64,000 bases of DNA from a bacterium (GTDB lineage: Bacteria > UBA8248 > JACPRG01 > G963555815): positions 1 to 64,000 of the forward strand of contig CBDHDG010000003.1 of assembly GCA_965261595.1 (NCBI GenBank), in the 5' to 3' direction. The stretch's first letter is position 1. Each line of letters opens with the position of its first letter. The position numbers and the translations under genes are program-made. This document shows, piece after piece, positions 29,586-39,160 of this stretch. The notes under the pieces are model-generated. The model was given only the letters and a program-made list of their open reading frames with translations. It did no database searches and was not told the origin of the DNA.

Positions 29586-30640
29586 CCAGTGTTTGGCAAC
29601 GGTTGCTCTTTGAAGGTCTCCCTATGCAATTCCTCTGCATCACGCCGAGTCTCGTTCTTTTGGTCATGCGCCGCGAACAGCGCCTCGATTGCGGTATCAG
29701 ACAGCGCCTCGTCAGTAGTCTTGACTCTCGCTACTAATACTTCCGTGCGCTCTGCGTGGAGCTCGATTGCGCAAGCGGTCTTTTCGGGATTGTCCGACTG
29801 TAGATCGCGAATTCTCTTCCGCGCGTCCTCGCTGCACGCCTTCTCAGCTTCAGCCAAGGTAGCGAGCTCCTTGACTGACTCCGGATCAGTGAGGGAGGTC
29901 AGATCTGTGATCAACTCGTGGACGGCCGTTCCCTCAGGTACATCGGGGAACTGGAGTATCTGTGACTCAAGCGCACTTCGTTCCTTTTCCAAGAGTTTCC
30001 TAACAGCTTCACAGCCGTCAGAGAGCTTGTCGAAGAGGTCAAGACCCATGGGACGAAACGCGACATCAGTTTGTTTTGAGACATACACGCTCGCACAATG
30101 ATGATCGAATACACTAACTCTCGAAAGGAATACGTTAGGAGGCTGATCATCATCCCATAGAAAATCGCATGACTTTTCATCTGCCGTGAACTTAATGGTC
30201 GCAGATGGGCGTCCGGGAGTAGTTCCAGACACGACGTTCCCTAGAATCTCTTCGGCACCGCGCGCTCGACACGCACGTTTCAAGATGCGTGTGTAACCGG
30301 ACTTGCCAGCAGCATTTGCACCATAGACGACTGTCAACCGAGGCCCGAATTCGATCTTCTGATTTTGGGCAAGTGCGTTGACTCCAGCATGGTGTGTGAG
30401 CGATTTCAGCAATATGGGCTTCTTCCCAGCATGTGGCTGAGGGAGGTGGCTTGCATCGAGTGGCACAGGTTTCGCCTTATCACCCAGTCCGTATTGAGAT
30501 CTGCAGAGATTCGACAGCTCCTTGATGTCCGTCTCGTCGAGTTTACCTCTCGTGACCAATCGTCGTAATGCATCACGTTGCCAGGGCGGACGGTCTAATG
30601 ACCACTGAAGAATCTCGTTAAGGACATTTACTCTCACCAC
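29586..30640 (-). pseudogene. AAA/ABC-type ATPase with coiled coil, C-terminus removed by IS
   Basis: WQRDALRRL N-terminus, Walker A YGANAAGKSG, VSVFD; GTG start with GGAGA RBS. Confidence 0.8.
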
Positions 30641-30657
30641 GTATTTCTCCAAACTTT

Positions 30658-32061
30658 TCCCCCGCTCTAGGGTTTTGTTGGACACTCGATTGATCCATGA
30701 TTCATGGAGAAAGGGGTGTCGCGATGAACGAACAAAAGCAAGAGGGGGCTTTGGCGGAGGGCGCCCGTAGGGCGAACGGAGCCAAGGCCCCAGGGCATCG
30801 CAGTGAGCGGGGTCGGTTCTCCTGCCAGCGCAAGCGGGAGGCGGTCCTGCGTCTTTTGCGGGGCGAGAGCCTGGAGACGCTCTGCCGCGAGTTGGGCACG
30901 ACAGCGGCTCGGCTTTCCGCCTGGCGCGAGGCGTTCCTTCGCGGGGGCGAGGCGGCGCTCAAAGCCCGCCCGGCGGATGAGCGGGCCGAGGAGAACGCCC
31001 GGCTCAAGGCCAAGGTGGGCGAACTCACGATGGAGGGCGAGGTCCTGCGGGAGAAGATCGACCGCCTGGAGGCCGGCCGCCCTTTAGCCGGCAGGAGGTG
31101 GAGGCGATGAGTCAGGCCCGCTTCACCTCCACGGGCAGAGCCTACGGCCTGAAGCGGGTGTGCGCCCTTTGGGGCTTGGCGCGCTCCACGGTCTACGCGC
31201 AACGGCGGCGAGAGGCGGTCCCCGTTCATGAACGCCCCACGCCCCATAAGCGCGGCCCTGTGGGCCCGTGCACCGATGCGGAACTCCTCGGCCACATCCG
31301 GCAGGTCCTGGAGGACTCTCCCTTCCATGGCGAGGGCTACCGTAAGGTGTGGGCGAGGCTGCGCTTCGCGGGCATCCGCACCAGCAAGGAGCGGGTGCGT
31401 CGCCTGATGCGGGAGGCGGGGCTTCAGGCCCCCCACCGGGTGGGCAAACCCCGAGGTCCCAAGGCCCACAACGGGACCATCCGCACCGAGCGGCCCGACC
31501 GAATGTGGGGCACGGACATGACGACGACGGTGACCACCGAGGAGGGGATGGCCTCGGTGTTCGTGGCGGTGGATCACTGCTCGGTGGACTGCGTGGGGAT
31601 CCATGCGGCCAAGAGCGGCAACCGCTTCGAGGCCCTGGAGCCGATCCGGCAGGGGGTCGCCGAGCGCTTCGCCGGCTTGGAGGCGGACGTCGCCGAGGGG
31701 CTTAAAGTTCGTCACGACCACGGCCCCGCCTATCTGTCCGATGACTTTCAGCGGGAGATCGCCTACCTGGGCATGACCAGTTCGCCCAGCTTCGTGCGGG
31801 CGCCCGAGGGAAATGGCTACTGTGAGTGGTTCATCCGCATCTTGAAGGAGAATCTCCTGTGGGTGCGCTCTTTCGCCACCGTAGAGGAACTGCGGTGGGC
31901 GCTGCTTGAGTTCAAGAACCTGTACAACCATCATTGGATTCTCGAGGGCTACGGCTACCGAACGCCGGCCCAGGCAAGGCAGGAAAAACTCGCTCAAGTT
32001 GCGGAGGCCGCATGAGGTCGAATACCCTCACCCGAGTGTCCAATAACCCAGGGGCGGTCCA
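30658..32061 (+). mobile_element. 1404-bp IS3-family element, copy 3
   Basis: Complete, with 4-bp TSD CTTT (30654-30657 / 32062-32065). Confidence 0.96.
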
Positions 32062-32444
32062 CTTTAGTATTGAAAGTCCTGAATAAGGTTTGCAACCCTC
32101 ACCTTTTAGTCTGAGCAGCGCGATCGGCCGGTTGCTTTTGAGACACGGCATTGCCTGTCGCTTGCGTACTGCATTGCCCGCTCCTTGTCCTCGTGGGAGA
32201 CCAACGGACACCCCAGGGGCAAGACGGAAAGGAAACGAGCTTACATCGTACGCCTCGCTTTCGCATTGTTTCCTCGTTCTCACCGTCTCGGAGACGAATG
32301 ACTGGACAGGGCCGTGGCGGTGAGGCCGATCCTGTTAACCAGATACCGGGCCGGCGAAGTGTAACCTGCCCGTATGGCGCGCGATTTCTGATCGTAAAGT
32401 TGGATCGTGCCATTTCCGCAGTCTGAAGACTGGCATCTTAGTCA

Positions 32445-32750
32445 TCACCTTCCGGTGATTCGCCGGGGTAATTCCGGAGCGATTTCGGAGATATTCCTGC
32501 TGATTTCCTTGACCTCGTCCCCCCGTCCGGCTCTCTCCATGTCCCGCGCAATGGCCTGGGCCGCGAACATGGCCGACCGAAGGAGCTGGATCTCATGCTC
32601 CGTGCGGGGCCACTCGCTGTGGTCGAGTGCCTCCATGGCGAGCTCGACCACGACCCGGTTCGCCGAAATCCCCCGCTCCTCCGCCTCCTTTTCGATCCGT
32701 TTCCATTGCCCGGGCGTGACCCGAATGTTCTTTTGCAGTGTCTGAACCAT
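32445..32750 (-). CDS. Small ribbon-helix-helix-like DNA-binding protein
   Basis: QKNIRVTPGQWKRIEKEAEERGISANRVVVELAMEAL fits the beta-alpha-alpha RHH pattern. Confidence 0.6.
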   Translation of the reverse strand: MVQTLQKNIRVTPGQWKRIEKEAEERGISANRVVVELAMEALDHSEWPRTEHEIQLLRSAMFAAQAIARDMERAGRGDEVKEISRNISEIAPELPRRITGR

Positions 32751-33430
32751 CCGTTCTACCGATCCTTTCGTGAAGACTTCAGTCCATTCCGGTCCCGAAA
32801 CAACCGCAAAGTCCAGCTTCTTTACACCGCACACCCTCGTCCCGGACCGGAGAAAACTTCCGAATGATGCCGGAGGCCGAACAACCAAATTGGTAGCCAT
32901 CATAGCGCAGCGCGGATCCGCGCGCGACCAGTCTGGTATCGGGCGTATGCCGTTTGAGATCTCACTCGAACTCCAGGTGCGATGCGCCCTTCGATAAGTG
33001 TAACGATATCAGTGAGATAGCGCCGCATACCCCCGAGCTACCAGATTGGTAGGACTTTTGCCGGCATCACGGAGTCGTCGCAGGTCGTTGATTGCGCACA
33101 GGAATGCAGGACAAGCGCGCGCAGGGAGTACACATGCAGCCTGCTGCGTCAGGTGTGAGAGTAAAAGCGCCGACCGGCGTCCGACAGACCAAAATGTGAG
33201 GAACGAGCGAAGAGGGGATCTCCGCGGGCGCGGGACGCGCGGGGGAGCCGCCGCGGCGATTGAGCGGGTGGCCGTGCGGAGCACAGTGCATGGAGCGGTG
33301 CAGGACGGATTGAGCAGTGGGGTTCGCACCGGTGCGGTGCGAAGAGCGGCGGGCGGTGCGGCAGCGGGCAACGCGGAAGAAGAACGGGCCGCGCCGCCGG
33401 GTGGCGACGCGACCCGCGAGGTCGTTCGGA

Positions 33431-34354
33431 TCAGGCGGCGACGCACTGGACCGGGATACCGAGCTTGCGCGCCTTGTCGACCAGATTGTCGGTGATGCCG
33501 GAACCCGGGAACGCGATGACGCCCTTGGGGAGGAGATCGAGCAGTTCGTCATTGCGCCGGAAGGGCGCCGCGCGTCCGTGTGCGTCCCAGTTGGGCTTGC
33601 AGACGATCTGATGGACGCCGTTGCGGTCCGCCCACTTGGCCGCGATCTTCTCGACGCCGGGGCCGCCGCCGTGGACCAGGACCACATCGTCGTACTTGGC
33701 CTTGAGCTTCTCGAGGGTGCGGATGATGGCGCCTGCGTCGCCGGCGTGCTTGCCGCCTGCCACCGCGACGAGCGTTCCCTGGGGCAGGAGCGCCTTGTTC
33801 TCGCGGTCCCTGCGGGCACGCTGGAAGTCTCGGGCGTCGATCATGGCCGAAGTGAGCTTGCCGGTCTGGGAGGTGTGGGACCCGCGCCGGGGCCGCCAGA
33901 GGTCTCCGGTCTCGACCCGGTAGGCCTCGGCCGCTGCATCTCTGAGTTGCTCGAAGGCGTCTCGCCGGTCCGTGAGGTTCTTGGTTCGGTCGGTGACGAG
34001 TTCGAGCTCTCGGGACCGGATCTCCGAGCCGTCCTGCTCTCGCTGGAGGTCGCGCATGTCGGGGAGGAGCCTGTCGGCCGCGCGGTCGAGGCGTTGGGTC
34101 TGGGCGTCGAGCATGTTGACGAATCCCCAGAGCAGGCTCTCGCGCTCGTCGGCGAGTTGCGTTCCGTCGGGGGCGACGCCGTGTGCCATGATGCGGAAGG
34201 CTTCCGTGACGGCGGAGAGGGCGTTCTCCGGGTCCCAGACCTCCCGGTTGTCGAATTCGTCGCGCTCTGGAGTCGCGCCGAAGAGAGCCGCCTGCTCGCA
34301 GACGGTGGCGGTGACGGACTGGTTCTGTTCTGAGATGTTGTCGATATCGTGCAT
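33431..34354 (-). CDS. DUF2493 / YspA-like SLOG-domain plasmid protein
   Basis: LLWGFVN, GDLWRPRRGS, VLVHGGGPGVEKIAAKWA, AAPFRRNDELL, IAFPGSGITDNL. Confidence 0.85.
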   Translation of the reverse strand: MHDIDNISEQNQSVTATVCEQAALFGATPERDEFDNREVWDPENALSAVTEAFRIMAHGVAPDGTQLADERESLLWGFVNMLDAQTQRLDRAADRLLPDMRDLQREQDGSEIRSRELELVTDRTKNLTDRRDAFEQLRDAAAEAYRVETGDLWRPRRGSHTSQTGKLTSAMIDARDFQRARRDRENKALLPQGTLVAVAGGKHAGDAGAIIRTLEKLKAKYDDVVLVHGGGPGVEKIAAKWADRNGVHQIVCKPNWDAHGRAAPFRRNDELLDLLPKGVIAFPGSGITDNLVDKARKLGIPVQCVAA

Positions 34355-34859
34355 GATGCTCTCCTTATGGATTGAGTGTAGAGAACCGTTATGGTTCGTT
34401 GTGCGGAGAGAGTCTCCGAACGTGATGGTTGAGTGGCCCACGCGCGCGCTGCAAAGCCACCGTGGCCGCAAGGCTTGGCGCGGCGAGAAGCGCGAGTGGT
34501 GCGGGCGCACAAGCGACCGCAGGGAGCGCGGAGCCTCGGTCGCGGTTCTTGCCGCGCCTAGGCGCTTCAGCGCCGTAGCCTTGCGAGCCAGGGCCGGAAC
34601 GAAGAGGAGGACCCCGCCGGAGGCGGGGTTGGCGCAGCGAGCACGTGTGGGACAATGGGCCATCACGTCGAGAGGGATATTGTTTGTCACTGTCCCGGAC
34701 GCCCTGTGCGGTTCCGGGATTGAGATGCGGGTCTCGGGCGCCGGCCCGGCAAGCGGACTCCTCACCAACTTGCAAGGGGGTAGTCCTATGGATTTGTGGA
34801 CGAGTCCTGAGGACCGGCGCGAGCCCTGCGGGCCGTATGGACAAGTCCGTGGACAACGC

Positions 34860-36230
34860 TTACGCGTTGCCCACCGCGCTGCCCACACTCTCGCCCCTCT
34901 CGCCCACAAGCTCCACAGGACCAACAACAGATGATTCAATTGAGATTCCATTGACCGCTTCGCGGTGTGAACCTGCTGCAGCGCTGGCGTGCTGCGGGTC
35001 GAACAGTGTCTGGTCGCGAAGCATGGCGCAGGCGACATTGAGGAGGCGGTCTGCGACGGAGCGCAGCGAACGGGCGTGGCCGTGGCCTCGGGAGCGAAGC
35101 ACCTGGTACTTGGCTTTGCAGACGAGGTCCTTCTGCATGGCCACGCGTGCCCAATGGTAGGTGGCATTGCGCAGGCGACGATGCGCGGCGCGTCTGAGGG
35201 AGACGCGCATGCTCTTGCCGGAGCGCTTGGTGACGGGCGCCACGCCGCACAAGCAGCGCAGCGCGTGGTAGTCTCGGCGCTGCAGAGCGTCATCGGCCTC
35301 TGCGAACAGCGTGGCGAGGACAACCGTGCCGACTCCGGGCAGAGAACGCAGGATAGCCACGTCACGCTGTTCTTTGTGTTGCCCCGGTTCGGAACTTTCG
35401 TCCGGATCGGGGGCGGCTTCGGCGAGCTGGGTGACGAGCGCCTCGAGACGTGAGTTGGCCTCTGTCAACTGCTGGTTCACGAGCGCAAGCTGCTTCGCAA
35501 TGATGCGGGCGTGGGTCTCGGCGGCGCGTATTGCGCTGGGGTCGATGTCGATGGCGCGCGCGGTAAGCTGGTCGCGGAGCTCCTCGGCGGTGATACGTCG
35601 AACGCGGTGCTTTTTCAGAAGCTTCTCGAGCGTGGAAAGCCGGACGCCGCGCACGGCCGCGGGCGTCGGCACGCGGTTCCAAAGGGCCAGTGCCCAGTGA
35701 ACATTGAAGTCCTCCACGACATTGATGAACTCGGGGTAGTAACGCCAGAGCTGGTCGCACATGCGATTGGACAGGCGCACCCGCTCGCGCGTCAGGCTCT
35801 CGACGATGCGGGACCACTCGCGCAGCTCGACGATTGCGGGAGCCGTTGGTTTGACCCGCAGCAGCCGGTGCGGGTCGGTGCGTAGCGCCGACGCCAGCAC
35901 CAGGGCGTCGCGACGATCGTCCTTCGCCCCGGCGTGCGAGTAACGGTCGCGGAAGCGGTCCAGTTGCCTGGGGTTGATGGAGTGAACGGCGAAGCCGCAT
36001 CCGAGGAGCGTTTCGACCACGGGTCCGCGAGGCGTCTCGATGGCCACGCCGACCTGGTCCGCCGGCGCCTCCTCGGTGCCGGACAGAATCCAGTCCGTCA
36101 ACGCGGCGAAACCGGCGCCGCCGTGGGCGAACGCATGCTCGGCTCGAACGTCGCCGTTCGCGTCGAGGATGCAGGCCTGGTGGATTCGGGACCCCCAATC
36201 GATTCCGACAAACCACTTGAGATCTGCCAA
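34860..36230 (-). mobile_element. IS110-family transposase (element about 34935-36420)
   Basis: FVGIDWG, AIETP, KDDRRDA (DEDD), SLPGVG, GVAPVTKRSG (catalytic Ser). Confidence 0.92.
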
Positions 36231-36425
36231 TTCGTCTCCCTCCCTAATCTGTGCGATGGTGGCTGGGCCTGCCGCGACGCCTGCCGACTCCTGTACTTGG
36301 CGCTCAAGGCGCTAACTCCTCACGGGGCATCCGTCGTGGCAGGACCGCCGGGGCACCTGTCCGCTTGAGGTGCTGATGGCACTGAGCGCGCAAGGGTTGC
36401 TCCCGGCGGCCTGCCCAATTCCGTG

Positions 36426-37106
36426 CTATTGAAGCGCAGAGTCACTTATAAGAGGTACAGGAGCGCGCAGCGAGCGCCAGCGAGCGGAGGCGATAGGGAT
36501 AGAAGCGCAAATCGGAGCGGAGCGGAGATTGCAGCGGGGAGCCCGGCCCGAAGGGATCGCCCGAAGACGGCATGGCCCGTCACCGCAACGGACGCGTATC
36601 GACGAGTCGCTCCGCAACCTCGCAGGCGAGATTGCCATCGTGGTAGAGCCTCGACTCGTACGGGCGATGCTCCTCGAGGTAACGGATTGCATTTCGGTTC
36701 TCCTTCCGTGTTGCCGATGCCCGGGGCCCTCTCTCTCCCTCCTCGCGGCGTTCGCCCTCTCTCCCGCTTCACTCTCCCCTCCGTTCCGCCAGAACGGAGG
36801 CCGCCCATGCCGCGCGGCGCGGGCGAGGACCTGCCCATGGCAGGGCAGCGGCGCGCACCGGCAGGCCAGCGGCTTTCCGTGAAGGGCGGCGAGTTCGTCG
36901 AACCCGACCTCGGCGGCGCGAACGCGGCGCCAGAGATCGGCGCGATAGCGCGCGATCACTTCATCGCGCGGTCCGTCCGGGCCGATGCGGAACCGGTTTC
37001 CCCATTGAGAGCGGCGGTCGATCCGCACGGTCCCGCCGTGCTCCGCCTTGCCGTCGAGCGCCGCCCGCAGGGCGGGCGCATGCCTGAGATTGACGATGTG
37101 CGCCAT
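36426..37106 (-). CDS. DUF4326-domain protein (C-terminus probably frameshift read-through)
   Basis: RIDRRSQWGNRF.IG.DG.RDEVIARY...LHGKPLACRCAPLPCHGQVL in the first ~100 aa. Confidence 0.75.
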   Translation of the reverse strand: MAHIVNLRHAPALRAALDGKAEHGGTVRIDRRSQWGNRFRIGPDGPRDEVIARYRADLWRRVRAAEVGFDELAALHGKPLACRCAPLPCHGQVLARAARHGRPPFWRNGGESEAGERANAARREREGPGHRQHGRRTEMQSVTSRSIARTSRGSTTMAISPARLRSDSSIRVRCGDGPCRLRAIPSGRAPRCNLRSAPICASIPIASARWRSLRAPVPLISDSALQ

Positions 37107-37130
37107 GCTCTCTTTCTCCTTTGGAGCCGT

Positions 37131-38162
37131 TCATCCCTCCCCCGCTCTTCCCTCCCTCTCTCCGACCCGCTGCGGCGCGGGGAACAGGGCGGCGAGCCGA
37201 AGGGCCAGGGCCCGGGGTCCGAGGGTAACGAGGTCGTTGTTGAAGTCGCCGTATTCGGAGACGATGACGTGGGCGGCGACGCCCGCCCGCGCGCAGCGCC
37301 GGGCGAGGCGTTGGGCGGCCCGTTCGCCCTCGGAATCGTTGTCGCGGGCGATGACGAGCCGTTTGAGCCCGCCAGGCGGAGCGAAGGCGCCGAGGCTTCC
37401 GGCCGAGAGCGCGGCCGCCGAAATGACCCCGGGCGCCGCGGTGACGATCGACAGCACCGTCTCGATGCCTTCGCCGACGAGCAGCGAAGCGCCGTCGGCG
37501 GGCCTGCCGAAGCACACGGCGCGTCCGTGGATGCGGCCGAGCGCCTTGCGCGGGGCCGCGACGTCCGCCTTGGCGGGCAAGCGCGAATCGAGCCAGGTGC
37601 GCTGCACGCCGTGGATGGCGCCGTCGTCGCCGGTCACGGCGGCGACCAGCGCCGGAAAACGGCGCAGGGAAGAGCCTTCGCGATAGCGAAGCTCGGGATG
37701 GAAGCGCAATGCCGGGAACCGGCAGCGCGCGAGTCCGCGGGCGTGGAGGTAGGCCTCGGCATGGGTGCCGTCGATGGCGCGGCAACGCCGCCAGAGGCGG
37801 CGGGCCGCTTCTGTTGCGTCGTAGCTCCCGCCCGACGCCGGCGGAGCCGGCAGGGCGAGGAAGGCGCGGGCCTCGGCGAGCGCCGCGCGAAGCGTCGGCG
37901 CGCCCGAGCGATGCCGGACGAGATCGAGCAGGTCCCCGTGCTCTCCGGTGGCCGCGTCGGTCCACTTGCCGGGGACGCCGGGACCGTGCAGGCGGACGAA
38001 GAGCGAGCGGCCGCGAGCGCCTTCGAGATCGCCGGCGACCCAGTACCGGCCCTGCTTTTTGCCCTGGGGCAGGTAACGCCGGCAGACGGCCTCGGCGCGC
38101 GCGCCGAGCGCGGCGGCGATGTCGGCGGCGGGAGATGCGGGACGGGACGATGGGGGCGGCAT
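37131..38162 (-). CDS. Plasmid primase-like toprim-domain protein
   Basis: YWVAGDLEG..GRSL..GKWTDAATGEHGDLLDL; LLVGEGIETVLS; IARDND. Confidence 0.85.
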   Translation of the reverse strand: MPPPSSRPASPAADIAAALGARAEAVCRRYLPQGKKQGRYWVAGDLEGARGRSLFVRLHGPGVPGKWTDAATGEHGDLLDLVRHRSGAPTLRAALAEARAFLALPAPPASGGSYDATEAARRLWRRCRAIDGTHAEAYLHARGLARCRFPALRFHPELRYREGSSLRRFPALVAAVTGDDGAIHGVQRTWLDSRLPAKADVAAPRKALGRIHGRAVCFGRPADGASLLVGEGIETVLSIVTAAPGVISAAALSAGSLGAFAPPGGLKRLVIARDNDSEGERAAQRLARRCARAGVAAHVIVSEYGDFNNDLVTLGPRALALRLAALFPAPQRVGEREGRAGEG

Positions 38163-38356
38163 GACGGGCCTCCTCTGGATGAACGGGGAACGCCCGATAC
38201 CGGCCGGCCTCCGCCTCCGGCCGGCGCCGGAGGACGAAGCGCCGCGCGTAGCGCTGGCGCGAGGCCCGAACGGGCGCTGTCTCGGAACGGGCAGCAAGAA
38301 AAAGGGCCGACGCGCGAAGCGCCGGCCCAGGTAGAGGGAGGAAACGGAATGCGCGC

Positions 38357-38583
38357 TCAGAACGGGATGTCGTCGATGGGCGCTTCGGCGGACGGCGTCT
38401 CCGCCTCCGCGACCGGCGCGCCGTTGCCGTTGGGCTTGTCGAGGAACTGCACGCGCCCGCCCGGAACCAGCAGGATCTCGGTCGAGAACCGGTCGGAGTC
38501 CTCGTCGTCCTTCTTCCAGCGACGGGTCTGCAGCTTGCCCGCCACATAGACCAGCCGGCCCTTCGTCGCGTGCTTCTCGAACA
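38357..38583 (-). pseudogene. ssb: Single-stranded DNA-binding protein, C-terminal half
   Basis: KGRLVYVAGKLQTRRW...STEI...DDIPF; N-terminus replaced by AT-rich sequence. Confidence 0.88.
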
Positions 38584-38964
38584 TGTATTCAATAGTTTTT
38601 ATGTGATATAACCTATTGAATATAAATAATTTATTGATAAATAGATTTACTAGATAATGATTGTCAACACTATTGCAACACGACGCATCGATCATAAACA
38701 CGACATCGCTTGCCTACGCCCGGGTGAGAACGGCAACGATATTCCGGTTCGGTGGGGCGTTCAACCTCCGCAATCCGAATGGCCATTTATGGGATTTCCC
38801 ACAATTTCCCTTGGTGGGGTGACCGCCCTGCGGCAGCCGGCACAGTCGTCAACGTCGGTCTCCAACGCTCGATAAAATCCGACGGCCACGAAAGCCGCCA
38901 GCCAGGATGGGAACGCTCCAGGAACCCTCTCGGAACTCCCCGGGATCGCCCCGGCCCTGCTCAT

Positions 38965-39123
38965 CCGCAGCACATCCTCGCTCCGTATCCTTCCATGAAG
39001 CACAGAATCGCGCTTACAGCCTGGGGCAGGATAGATACGCTCGACGCTTATGACGAGAAGCGAATCACCGCCTTCATCAACGCCTTTCGCGGTATCGACC
39101 ATCACCCGCGAAGGAGGAGATAG
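38965..39123 (+). pseudogene. DUF3105-like protein C-terminal fragment
   Basis: ILAPYPSMKHRIALTAWGRIDTLDAYDEKRITAFINAFRGIDHH. Confidence 0.55.
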
Positions 39124-39160
39124 GGTTTCTCCAAAGAACAAATGCGCCCGAGCGGGCTTC

